Source: Octopus bimaculoides (taxonomy: Eukaryota). From it: a stretch of 64,000 nt of DNA. The notes beneath the pieces were generated by a model, which was not told where the DNA came from, did no database searches, and was given only the letters and a program-made list of their open reading frames with translations. The stretch spans positions 49,203,332 to 49,267,331 of the forward strand of contig NC_068992.1 in assembly GCF_001194135.2 (NCBI RefSeq), given 5' to 3'. Positions 14,485-26,837 of the stretch are shown here, in pieces (positions within the stretch are counted from its first letter, which is position 1; the number at the start of each line of letters is the position of its first letter). The position numbers and the translations under genes are program-made.

Positions 14485-14905
14485 GTTCCATATAAACACA
14501 TACATGCAGCGACATCGACACGCATAGACGCAATTGCATAAAAACACACAGACACAGCCACATAAAAACACAAGCCAAAAATCAACTACATAAACACACA
14601 CAGAGATATACAGTTACATAAAAACCACATAGACACAGCTACATGAATACACATACACACAGATACCGTTAGAGAAATTTGCAGCAGTATATAAGCACAT
14701 TCAACTACAATAAACGCACAGAGCCACATAATCACACATAAGCCATACAGACATTCAGTTGCTTAAAAACATACAGATGCAGTGACATAAACACGCAGGC
14801 ACATATACACACATACATACCCCCACAAATAGAGTTACATAAAAGTACGCGGCCACATAAAAATCACACACAGACGCATATACATAGAACCACATAAACA
14901 CGCAC
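14485..14905. repeat. AC-rich degenerate tandem repeat (~ACAGACACAGCCACATAAAAAC)
   Basis: Recurrent CACATAAAAAC / CAGTTACATAAA units. Confidence 0.6.
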
Positions 14906-17160
14906 TTTGTAGCATGTTTGTTTTCTCGCCACGTCAGTAGAAACAAGTTATAGAATTCTTGGCTGTTTTCTCTTTTTTTTCTTTGATATTTGCTAGTCTC
15001 ATCACCATCATCGTTATTATTTTAATCGTTCTTCCGCGTCCTCAGCTCATATCCCCACTGGACCGACCTCCCTTTCATCTCGCCGCTATCCATACAATAT
15101 ACACCAGAATTTGCTGGAACCATACTAATTGACCATATTTCCTCACAGTTCCCTCCAAAATAAATTACTGGCTCTGTGCCTGATACAATTCATCGACGTA
15201 ATCCTTTACACAAATTTAATCAATGTTTTAATTGATTTGGTTTGTTTTTGTTTATTTATCAAACGTCTTAAAAAATTGTTTTCCTAATAATGGTTATTTG
15301 TAGCTTAGGGTAAACTATAAAAACAAAACAAACTTTGCTGCGGGAATTGTTGATTTTATCGTCTTTGGAAGGATGGCAAAATCTCGCGGTGTTTGAACTC
15401 AGATCAGAGTCGTAACTAAATATCGCAATACATTAATTAGCACTGCTGAATTTATAATGTTAATAATATTATAATTCCGAACACGACCAGGAATTTTCGA
15501 GGGAGGGCATAGTCAATTATATCAAGGGCTTTCTTCACTTTAAGGATTCTGGAAAGATGAAAAGTATAATAAAATCTTGGCGGATTTGAACTCCGAACGC
15601 AAAGAGCCTTATCTGAATACTGCAAAACCTTTGGTTTATCACTCTTACGATTCTATAAATTTAAAGTACTTTTTCTCATCGTTGAAATTTAAATGAGAAC
15701 AAATAAACTTAGAATGGTGTGTGGGCGTGAAATAGGGTTTTAAAAAGTCTGTCAAAGGGGACGAGCTCCTTGAAAGCTAACGGCACCCGTATTTTGGGTA
15801 AGTGGGAGAAATAGGCGCCGACAAGATTAATCAAGCCCAGTGAAACACTGTTTAATTCTATACTGCACCAGTCGGGGCCAGGGTCATTAAGAAAGCCTTA
15901 GGCCGAAAGGGGTGGACAGAATTGGTAAAATAAAGGGTTCCACGCGTCAGAAATGCAAGAGGAAGGGCTTGAAAAAAAATATCGTTGTCCGGGATTATTT
16001 CCAAGGATTCTTCGCTCTGGGGCTATTTGTTTGTGAATTTGATACAGAGGAGAAAGAGTCGCAAGTTTGGGCACCATCACGTTTTTTTTCTGTTCTAATT
16101 AAGCTTTTTTAAAAACGGTTTTCCGATCTCTGTTTTAAAGTTAGGATTCAAAACCCGTAAAAAAAGTTTTTTTTTTTTTTAGAATTTATATTCAATCAAT
16201 TTACTAATTAAGTCCAGATGATATACAGCTGTTTTAGATTTTTTTTGTGTCATATATATTAGCGAATATTAAAAGTACATTTTTTTCTATGTATATGGAT
16301 ATATTTGTTTTCAATTGAAGTGTATCAAATATATTTTGTTTGTATTTATAATTACATTTCCATCCTTCATAAATTAAAACAGCATTTTAAAATTTTCAGT
16401 AAACCAAACGAATTGTTTATGCTATAACTAATAATTCATATTTATGTTATTAACCTGTCATTAAATATATAAATACATTTTGTAAAGCGAAGGATTAAAA
16501 ACATTTTTTATTGTTAAAATGAAAGTTAGAAGAAATTTCTTTGCCGTTTTTTAAAATTTCCGACGTTCAAAACATAAAAATTGGAAAATGTTGTTTTTGA
16601 AGACAATGTGAAAAAGTTAAAAGATGAATTATAAAAGATCTTTCGTCATCAAAACCTCTCTATCTAGTGCTCTATAGTGGGAGCCCTGTCATAATTGCAG
16701 GGAGATATTGGTACCACAGTTTGTTGTGGTCCGTTTTGATGCCTTCTCTCAGTGCATGAAGGGCGACGACCACTCTGATTGATGGTTGTTATTTGTAGGG
16801 CTGCAGGACTCCCTCAAACCCGTCCAAGAAGCAAACTCGATAGAGTTACTGGTTTAGCTGTTGATGACACAGCCAGGAAACGGGGTGCACACTGACATGT
16901 TACTTTGGGTAAGAAGCCAAATACCCAAGACATTGAACGTATATGTATATATGTGTTTATATATAGTTCAAAATTATTTTTTCAATTTAAATATAATATA
17001 AAAACTGTAAACTTTGAACAAAGGATTCGACGCGTGTACATCCCGATGGCGAATCTTCGAAATTACTGTCAAAAATTTATAGTAAATGTTTGTATGTGTG
17101 TTTGTATATACTCATGCTAGAGCAAGTCATTATTTTCAATGCACTTTTACTTTTATTCCT

Positions 17161-17695
17161 ATTGGCGGGAAAGTTAGTTTCGCGCGCATCACTTGACGTG
17201 CTCTCCTAGTCACAACAGTGCAGGCATAAACTTGAAGCATCAGTGAATATGGTCATGACTGTTCCGCATGATTTCATAACCAGAATCATAACTAATTTAT
17301 ATATTCTTTGTCAATTCATCAGTCATTGCCCGTCTGGACTAGTTCAGTGTTATTACTCTCACAAGAAAATGGTCAAGCATCAAGCTAGTTCGTGATGTAC
17401 GTCATCTTGTATGGTCATTCTAAAAGTCTTTTTAGTCCTATCGTTCACGTTTATAGCCTCAGGATATTAACCACAGAGTCACTATAATCCGTCGATGAAT
17501 TTCGGCCTCTGATTGATACACCTTCAATCTACCATTGGGGGTGGGGAAGCATCATTGAACTCTGCTCTTGACGCAAACAGAATGCTGAGCAGCTACCATA
17601 GTTAACTTAATCATAACAACTTGAGAGTTATTTAAAATTCAAACTAGAGTGAGACTACAGTAAGTGATGCGTGCAGAAATAATTTTCCCGCCAAT
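17161..17695. mobile_element. ~535-bp element with ~50-bp imperfect TIRs containing E2F-type motifs
   Basis: Left ATTGGCGGGAAAGTTAGTTTCGCGCGCATCACTT; the right end reverse complement reads ATTGGCGGGAAAATTATTTCTGCACGCATCACTT. No TSD recognised. Confidence 0.6.
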
Positions 17696-18570
17696 CGGCA
17701 AAAAGAATTTCCAGTGAATTGCAACCATTGTTCTTCTAATAACGAGAACTTAACTGATGTTTCAAATTCAAGTGCGAAACTATTTTTCCCGCCAAAGAAT
17801 TCAAGTGAATTGCAGATAATTTATAACTCGCTCTTGTGTGTATGTGTGTGTGTGTATGTATATATATATATATATACATACACACACACACATACAGGTA
17901 ACCAGAAGATGGTGAGCTGGCAGAAATACCAGAGCTTCAAGGGAAAAAAAACGCTTTCTGGTTTTTGTTCCGATTCTTTACACCCTGAGTTCAAATCCAG
18001 CCGAGGTCAACTTTACCCTACATCCTTCCTGGGTCGATAAAATAAAGTACCAGTCAGATACTAAGTTCGATACTAGCGATTAACCCCCTCCCTTTCGAAT
18101 TGCTGGCATTTTGCCCTTAATTAGAAATTTAACGTATATAAGGTAATCTGAGTTGAACATTCATCCTTACTATCACTTCGTTATCAACTGGTCTCTAGCC
18201 AGTCTGATGATGTGCATACTTGTTGCGTGGCTTCTTGATCGAGTATACCTATAATTAAAGCCATTCTAGCCGTGACTATCTCGTTTTTTTTTCAAGTGCA
18301 CAATGACAATTATACTTCATAATAGGAAATATTTGATAGCTGTTTAATATTTAATTAATCTTTTCTATTACATGCACTAAGCCTGAAATTTTGGGGGAAG
18401 AGGTTAGTCAACTGGTATTTAGTTCATTTACCCCCGAAAGGGTTGAAATGCAACCTGAGCAGTGTTTGATCTTAGAACGAAAGGACGGTTGAAATGCTGT
18501 TAAGCATTTTGTCCGGCATGCTAACGATTCTGTCAGCTCGCCGCCTTTGTTTAGTATTTGGTTGGCATTC

Positions 18571-18925
18571 CGTCGTTTACGACGATGAGGGCATCGGAAC
18601 AGCCTGCTCGTGAAATTAACGTGCAAGTGACCGAGCACTCCACAGACGCATGTACCCTTAACGTAGTTCTCGGGGATATTCAGCTTGACACAGTGTGACA
18701 ACGCTGACCCTTTGAATTACAGGCACAACAGAAACAGGAAGTAAGAGTGAGAGAAAGTTGTGGTGAAAGAGTATAGCAAGGTTCGCCACCATCCCCTGCA
18801 GGAGCCTTGTGGAACTTTTGGTGTTTTCGCTCAATAAACACTCACAACGCCCGGTCTGGGAATCGAAACTGCGATCCTACGACCGCGAGTCCGCTGCCCT
18901 AACCACTGGGCCATTGCGCCTCCAC
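18571..18925 (-). mobile_element. SINE family A copy
   Basis: Closely similar to the reverse complement of 36678-37050. Confidence 0.9.
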
Positions 18926-19859
18926 TTAGTATTTGATGAATAAAATATATTTCATCGAGATATCTATTTCAGTCGAATCATTTGAATAAAGTAAGGAACT
19001 GAAAACAAAAGTTCAGAAATATTGCCCTAAAATTCTATCGATTAATCGATTTCCTTTATTGATCGATTGAGAATGTTTAAGCAATGTTTCTTCAAAAAGA
19101 TAAGACAAAAACAAAAATAAGACTGGGTCACAATCATGAGATAATGAGTTCGATTCCCCGACCGGGCTGTGTGCTGTGTTCTTAAGCAAGACATTTTATT
19201 TCACATGGTTCCAGTTCACTCAGCTGCAGGAATGAGTTGCGATGTCACTGGTGCCAAGCTGTATCGGTCCCTTTGCCGTTCCCTTGGATAACATCGGTGG
19301 TGTGGAGAGGAGAGGCCGGTATGCATGGGTGACTGTTGGTCTTCCATAAACTACCATGCCTAGACTTGTGACTCGGAAAGTAACTTTCTAGGTGCAATCC
19401 CATGGTCATTCATGACCGAAGAGGGGTCTTTTATTTACCCTGTCCTGTGATCTGAGTTCCAAATATACTTGGATATACTGGGGTCAATATAACCGATTAT
19501 TTCCCTCTACCAAAATGAATGATCTTGTACCTCGCAAGCGTGACTATATGGTAAGTTTGCTTCCCAGCAACATGGTTCCGCGTTCTGTCACCCACTGAGT
19601 GGCACCTTGGGCAAGGCCACTAAAACCTTGTTAGTAGATTTGGTAGAAGGTAGACGAAACTGAAAGAAGCCGGTGATGTGTGTGTGTGGAGGGGGGTTGT
19701 TCCTCACCGCCGCTTGACAACAGGTGTTGATTTATTTACACCTCCGTAACTTAGTGATTGGGCAAAAGGGCCGATAGACTAAGTACCGATTAAAGAAGTA
19801 CTGGGGTTTGATTCTTGATTAAAATGTCTTTATTAAAATTTTTGTGTAGCAGCAGTACT

Positions 19860-20830
19860 GTCCCAAACATGAGGAGCAACATTTTCTACGGATATTACTT
19901 AAGGTTGTATAGAATCAGCAGCCGATCACAGAAGAAAAATGCTAGTCTTAGTAATACATTGCTGGCATATTTATCTCGGTCGAATCACCACGTAAGATAT
20001 GAAGTGATACTAAAGAATTTTGTTGACCGTTGTTCGTAATTCGAAAAGGTGGTTTACAAACAAGACTGCATTTGTGATTGTGTTGTGGTGTATCAGGAAA
20101 TTTGGTTGTTTATGTCTTTACTGAAAAATGTTTCCAAGATTTTTGTTCATGGACGTTCTCTTTGCTTGATGTAATGTGTTTAAGTTGATGCTATCATACC
20201 GAACTCCAGTGTGTGGAAAGTTAAAGAGTTGACTTTGATATCATGTACACAGGACTGTGTGTGGTTTGAAAGTGACAGCATGTAAGTCGTTAATATAGAA
20301 ATGGAAAAAAAGTGAGTCTTTACCGAATTTCGGAGTTTACCAAAGTAGAACGAGTGTCGCAGAGAAGCACTTGAGTACACACTACTACTGTGAGCTCCAA
20401 GAGGAAGTTTCCAGTCTGAGACTGATGTTGCTATACGCGATATCCGTCTGAGTAAGGTAATTACGAGATTCTGATACCAGACGCGATCTAAGTCTTCGTT
20501 GATGTTGCCATATAATAATATTACTTTTGTCAGAGTGAGATGATACTGTGGAGGATATACTCGGTGGTCTCTGAGGAGAAGACTCAAGGTAATGAAGGAT
20601 CGCTTTATGTCAGTAGATTGCCGGTTCAGGGATATCTTTTTCAAGGGTGAGACACCGTAAGAAAACTTGTTGAAAAGTTTGGCGAATATAGCAGGGTGCT
20701 TTACAGTGTACAATTTAAGGGTGATGGAAGAGACCGTCCAGACTGTCTCCTTGGTGCGTTGAAGCGATGAGAGAGGTTTTCCCGCGTAACAGCTCTGTAT
20801 ACCAGAAAATGTATGTGTGCCATGAGACAC
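19860..20830. mobile_element. Possible decayed Penelope-like element
   Basis: Plus-strand NIFYGYYLRLYRISS resembles the PLE RT C-terminal IxYSQxLRLRRICS motif. The opposite strand has a 216-codon ORF without a recognisable domain. Orientation is unresolved. Confidence 0.35.
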
Positions 20831-21005
20831 ATGTTGGAGGTACCGTAAAATACGCGTTGATTACCTGATGATTGCGGTAGATGTTGGCGAACCAGGAAAT
20901 GGTTAGGTACCGGGAGTTTTATATTGCTACAGATGTTTGTTGATGTGATGTGATGTGAAATGTAATGTCATCACAAGACATCGATGTACAGTGGTGTGTA
21001 ATCGC

Positions 21006-21180
21006 TAGATGAATGTTGGTGTGCCATCATTAGATGTATGCTGCCGTGCCATCTCTGGAAGTACGTCGGTGTGCCATAGCCAGAAATACGTTAGTATATC
21101 ACTGCTAAGTATTTGTTGGTATACCATCGTTAGATATGTGTGCCTACATAAGATGTACGTTGGTATTCCACTAGATGAAC
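21006..21180. repeat. Degenerate 25-bp minisatellite, ~7 units
   Basis: Units start at 21006, 21031, 21056, 21081, 21106 and 21131; consensus ~TAGATGTACGTTGGTGTGCCATCGT. Confidence 0.75.
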
Positions 21181-21189
21181 TAGACCAAA

Positions 21190-21400
21190 CATTTCAGCCT
21201 GGGATTCTCCTCTTACAATCCTACTGCTTCTCCCTATTTGACATTTCACATTGTTTTGATTTCTATTTCAAATCCAAGTGACTTATTTCCAAACGTGTCT
21301 ATGCCACCTTCATGTAGTCACTACTATCAAGAGGACCTTGACACTTTTTCAAACAAAAAGCTCTGTTTAAGCATTATTTTCACTGTACACCAACAGCTTT
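21190..21400 (+). mobile_element. LINE 3' fragment, same type as 1533 and 58560
   Basis: Degenerate LQ...CFSLF...PSDLFPNVSMPP resembles the near-terminal RT segment. Confidence 0.35.
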
Positions 21401-21585
21401 TGTTTATATTACCCATCTGATTCATGCTGACTTTCTAGGTTGTTGTAATTTAGTGCACCAGATGATGTTAACTCCCAATCAGTTTCTAACCCTGCCCATC
21501 ATCTTATCTTTTATTCAGAAACGATGCATCTAGGATTACATTTTACAATGTGTCATTCTATTTTTTTAACACTTTGCACGGACGA

Positions 21586-21784
21586 GTGCGCTTTAGCGGG
21601 CGCGATTTTGTTAGGTTGTATCCCTAGAATATACAAATGCGGGCGGTCGTGTGGTTTTGTGTTTACGGCTGGAAGTAACGATGTTTCTGCTAGTTAGCAT
21701 GCTGTAAACACAAACCATGTGGCCGTCCCGCTTTTGCGTCTTCGAGGGATATAGTTAAACAAAATCGCGTCCTCTAAAGCGCAC
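21586..21784. repeat. GC-rich fold-back palindrome (~85-bp imperfect arms), MITE-like
   Basis: GTGCGCTTTAG/CTAAAGCGCAC, CGCGATTTTGTT/AACAAAATCGCG, TATCCCT/AGGGATA and TTTGTGTTTAC/GTAAACACAAA all pair in register. Confidence 0.85.
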
Positions 21785-23339
21785 CCACGAGATCACAGGA
21801 CTAAGGTAGTAGGGTGTTAGTTGAGGACGATTTGACTGTTATTTCTACCAGATCAAGCAAACGTGTCGCGGTTCCTTCATTTGCTGACGTGTTGGTGTCT
21901 GGAGAAATAGATGCAGCCCTGCCGTTAGATGTATGTTGACCGATACTTGCGGTAAGCACTGAGTTACTAGGGCTTCATTTATTTTCCCCAAACCCTCATT
22001 AAATCGCCACAGTATGGCTAGTATGCTTGTTAAAGTGCCATGGCTACATTTCTGTTAGTGTGACAGCTGAATGTTAGTGATTCTAGGTAGTCAGAGAAAT
22101 AAAATAACATAGAGGATTGATATATTAGGCTGCCTTTCTAACATTTGTACAAGACCACACAGAACTTGATAAAGAGAGGGCTAATCGATTAAATCGATAA
22201 CAGTAATTAAATTATCAAACCCACTCGAAAAAGAAGCGAAGTCGATCTAGTCGGAATACGAACGCAAGACGTAACTAAACAGGGCAAAGCACTTGTCCGA
22301 TTTTCTGCTATGTACTGCTTTTTGTTTCCTAATAATAGAATTAAAAAAAAATCGTATATAAACAAACTGAATCTTTATCTTTTACATTTTCTCTCTCTTT
22401 TTTTTCTTGCTGTGTGGTTTGAGTGTCTGTCTGTGTGTGGCTCGGATATTTGTGTCAGCGGGGGGTTGGTGTTTGTATATGGATGTGGAGTTTATGTGTT
22501 CGTGTGTGGCGTGGTGTCTCGTTTATTGATGAGTGTGTGTTTGTGCGATTGTATATTATGTGTGACTTGACGGCTGCGTGGTCTGGAGGTGTTTTGTTTT
22601 GTGTCATTGAAGAGCATCTGGATTTCGCTAGATAGCTCGTGTGCGTGGGTGTCTTGTGTTTATAAGAATAGGATGAGGGGGACTGATATCGAATATAAAA
22701 ATTCCTGAAAGGCATGGACGCCATGTAATCTTATTTTTCGATCCTTTGTAGATCTATGTGGTTTTATGTAATATTATATAAGTCCAATAATTAACTCATT
22801 ATTTAATATTATGCTTCACTTAACTAGTTGAGGCCATTTTAGTTCCCTTATACTACTCAATATATTTTAGGAAAAGCATGAACACTACAATTTCTCCTCC
22901 ACTTTCCTTTCCCCATCCAAATAGTCTTTGTACCTCGATTAAAGCTTAAATATTTTATACAAACCCTGTAGGGTTTGTATAAAACATTAGTCTAAGTAAG
23001 ATTCTCATGAGCAATGTTTGCGTCCCGGTTTCAATTCGTGTTTAAGCTAAATTTACTGTCTCTAATTCTGTCGGGAAAAGCACGAACCTGTCTTACCCAT
23101 TAAAAATATCGAACAGTTTGTCTAAACTCATCATACACATAAAAAAAATCCATCCCCAACTAGTACATCGGGAATTTTTTCTGGCTCATAACGAACCATT
23201 TTCGCGCGGCTGTTGGATTCATTTCGCTTCATTTTGTTGCTACTGTAGCTTTCTTCTTCGTCTTTAAATGTTTATTGCCATGTTCCTACTCTAAATAAAT
23301 CGAAACAATTATTCTGCTAGTGTTGATATATATATATAT

Positions 23340-23557
23340 TTATAATATAAAGTGTCGGGAGAGGGTGAGGTGATTGATTATTGTAAAAAGAAAGAAAAAT
23401 ACTAATTAGTATAAATAGTGTCGTCGAAAGAGAGAGACCATGCGGGGTGGACGGGAGAGCAAAGAGTTGCCGGCTTTGCTTGACTCCGATTGGCTAACAT
23501 GGAGCACGTGACACTATCTTGTCATTGCTGGTTCCACTACATTTTTCTTTGGTAAGC
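23340..23557 (+). promoter_or_regulatory. Probable internal promoter and non-coding first exon
   Basis: CpG-rich unique sequence with an inverted CCAAT box (ATTGG 23489-23493), an E-box (CACGTG 23505-23510) and a G|GTAAGC donor at 23552. A second donor GAG|GTGAGT lies at 23774. Confidence 0.5.
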
Positions 23558-23976
23558 TCAATTTGGCTATCTTTTTATATTTCTATTTGACGGATAAATT
23601 CCACAAACGGCTATTTATTTACCCCCATACTCAAACGTAAAGATATATTTATATGTGTGCTTGTCCATAAACGTATATAACCGAGGTGATCGAGTTTTGT
23701 GGACGTTGCAAATTGGAGGGGTGAAGGTCTGTTTCTTTCATTTCTATGGGTTCTCTGTCCGAGACGTATAGAGGTGAGTGCTGTTATCGTTGCTTCTCTC
23801 CTTGTCTGAGATCGCGATCGCTTCACATTGTAACAAGGCATTTGTAATAAGTAAATCGATTCAAGAGTTGATCGCTCTTTTTATTTGAACTATATTGTTT
23901 ACTTTATTTTTCTTCGTTTCTCTTTGCTTCTATTTCCTTAATGTATCAACAATATGATAAATATACAATATAATAC

Positions 23977-24013
<37 letters not shown>

Positions 24014-26620
24014 TAATTTTTTTTTTTCAACTGGTCGTTTGATACCTGTATGTTTTGGTATGTGCTTGCTTGTGTCTATTATTGATCAATATACAATATT
24101 TATATATCTACAAATATGCGAGTCCCAAATAGAATATTCATATACAAATCTCTCTCTCTCTCTATATAGATATAGATATATTTATTTATTTATTACACAC
24201 GAGACTTGCATGCATGTAGGTATTTATTAATTTGTAATTGTTTTAATTTATCTCTCCCCCTACCTCCAATACATGTGTAGGCCTCTGAACAAACACGTGG
24301 ATTTATATGCTGAATATATGTGTACATTTCTAGTAGATATTGTCATAACTCCTTGTACATTGCATGTGTGTGTGTGTATACATACATACGTACATACACA
24401 CACGTATTTATTCTGAAATGTTTAGCGAAGTCTGCTTTTTCAGCAATAAACCTGGGCAAATGTTTTAATAGAGAACCTGCTTGTACAGCGTCGGTGGCAG
24501 CAGTACTCTCTGTCTTGCTACTGTGATCTCTAAGTAGGACACAACCTATAAGGTAGGAATAGAGTTAACTGTCTTCTCTAATTATAACCTATACAGGTGC
24601 CAAACTTCCATTGTCTTTCCTTCGTATGTTTTATTACTTTGGAGGAACTTGTTGATTTATCCTGGATCGATCGTTACGATCTGTTACATATGAATGAAAA
24701 TAGAATTAAAATTTATTTGATTTAATAAATATTTCTATTTTACTCTGTCTATTTAATTATAGAATATTCGTAAGCATAAGAGTGATGTTTTGTAATAATC
24801 TCTTGGGAATATTTCATTGTTCTTTTTTTCTTGTACCTGTGTTTGTTGCAGATTGTAGTGAGTACTTAGACAGGTGTACTGATCGTCGTAATTGCGTAAA
24901 CATGAACCTTTTGTTTCATAAAATAGAGTGCCATATTTTTAAATGGCAGTATGTGTTTAAATGTCTGGGTTAATATAAAACCAATGTCTGTATCTTTATA
25001 ATTATATCGTTCTTATAAGAGTGCTGAAAATATTAAATAGAAACAGTTTCAGTGTAGCCTATCCTTATATGTTCCTGGTATCCATTACAAATACCAGTAT
25101 TGAAACCTTTGTGAACACTTGTTTTTACGTTTTAGTGTTAGAAAATGTGGAATTGACTTTGGAAAAATGGTGTGATTGTTCCAGTTTTTGTATTAGTATT
25201 TCTAATCTTCGATAATATACTTGTTGTAAGGTTCTCTTCCAATAGGATGTCATACATTAAAATATCGTCCATTTACTTGGTTTATTCAGACATTGGAAAA
25301 AGAAAAAAGAAAAATTAGAAAGCTTGGGCGCCAAAACTAACAGTTTTCATTTCTTCAAATAGTACACACGGCCACTGATGTGAAGAGGAGTCAAGCTGTG
25401 TGCTTGTCAAGGCCATTGTTAATTTTTGATCACGTTGTTAGGGTGGCGGCGTGGTAGTAGACATTGTAGGCTGCCGGATTATAATGCCTAGCAATATTTA
25501 GTTTTCTCCTACATTGCCCATGCCCGTGTAATAAAATTATCAGTCATTCGACTTGACAACTCTCGACATCTGTTTAGGCCTTGTAGTCAATGCGAGAAAT
25601 AATTTTTATCAGCATTTTTTGTGTAACCCAAAACTAGGGTCTTTGGAGTTGCTTGAGCTTGGCAGTAACGTCTTGTTCGTCCTCGAGATGGAGTTGAAGT
25701 AAAACACAATTTATTTTACTACTCTGGGTGAAAGATGCACATTGCATGTGAGACTTGTTTTATCGTATCGACAGTCAGTCTCAAGGGCAGTATCGATGCT
25801 ACTGAAGCACATGACTACAACTAACAATAAAAACAAGGTCATAGACAAGAAACTGGGTCACTGTATCGAGAAGTAGGCTGCCGACTCAGAAGTAGGTCAT
25901 GGTATCCAGAGCATGTCAGTCTCCTTAACCAAGTCGCTATTAATTTCTATTGTTTTCTCATAAATTTAATTGCTCAGCTATTGAAACTCTTGTTGACAAA
26001 ATTTTATTTTATATAATTGATTTTATTAGGTGATTGTGATAGTGGTGGACCGACAAAGCTACTGACTATTTTAGAGTTTAATGTTGCAGTTGTACAACAT
26101 AAATTTATGTAGTTTCTGTCAGAAATACGTGTATTACAGTAAAAATAGTGCAAAAGGAAGCAGTTCCTTATAAACTAATATTCACCTAGTGGTGGGAGAC
26201 AATGTTTGATAGGCTAAAAATGTGGAACGTGCCATTGCACACCCCTGCAATCATTACATACAGGCTGTTATCTGAAATCTCAGTCAGCTCTTTGCAACTT
26301 GTTCTTCAAATAAGTGTTGGGTGGGGGCAGTACTTACTGGTGAATTTATTGAAGATAAAAAACAATGAAATCAGCATTTCTTGTCATGAATTTCAGAATC
26401 TCATTAATCTGGCATGCAAGATTTTGTAAAGGCAAAATGGCTGTTTTATCAAGTCAAGCATGTGTGACTTGTTGAATGTCTGAATTGCATTTAGAAGGAA
26501 TGTATATATAAAAAAAAATGAAACCATTGGTGAACTTTGTATAGGGTATGTAATTTTGGTTTTGACTCAAATTAACCTTAGAATTTGTGTTGTATACTTG
26601 CAACTTCAACAATTTGTTAA

Positions 26621-26837
26621 CCCTTTAGCATTAATTATTCTGTCAAATGCAATGCTTATTTATTCACATTGTTTTGAATTATCCTGCATCGTCTTGTAGC
26701 TTTGAGGTTTCAATAATGTGATTGTATATTTTTAGAATGACATTGTAGGATAGGTGTGAGGGGTCAGATCTGGCTGACATGAACATAAAGCAGGTAAAAT
26801 ATTTTGACTGGATGTGACCTGTTTAAATGCTAAAATG
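26621..26837. mobile_element. piggyBac-like TTAA MITE
   Basis: TTAA-CCCTTTAGCATT ... AATGCTAAAATG-TTAA. Confidence 0.75.

Noticed and set aside
20866-20900. Hammerhead core CTGATGA near the PLE-like block (also 13560-13600 minus and 10780-10790)
   Set aside because: No complete combination of core, stem I and GUH triplet could be built.
21006-21180. CRISPR-like array
   Set aside because: Units are directly adjacent with no unique spacers, and the context is eukaryotic.
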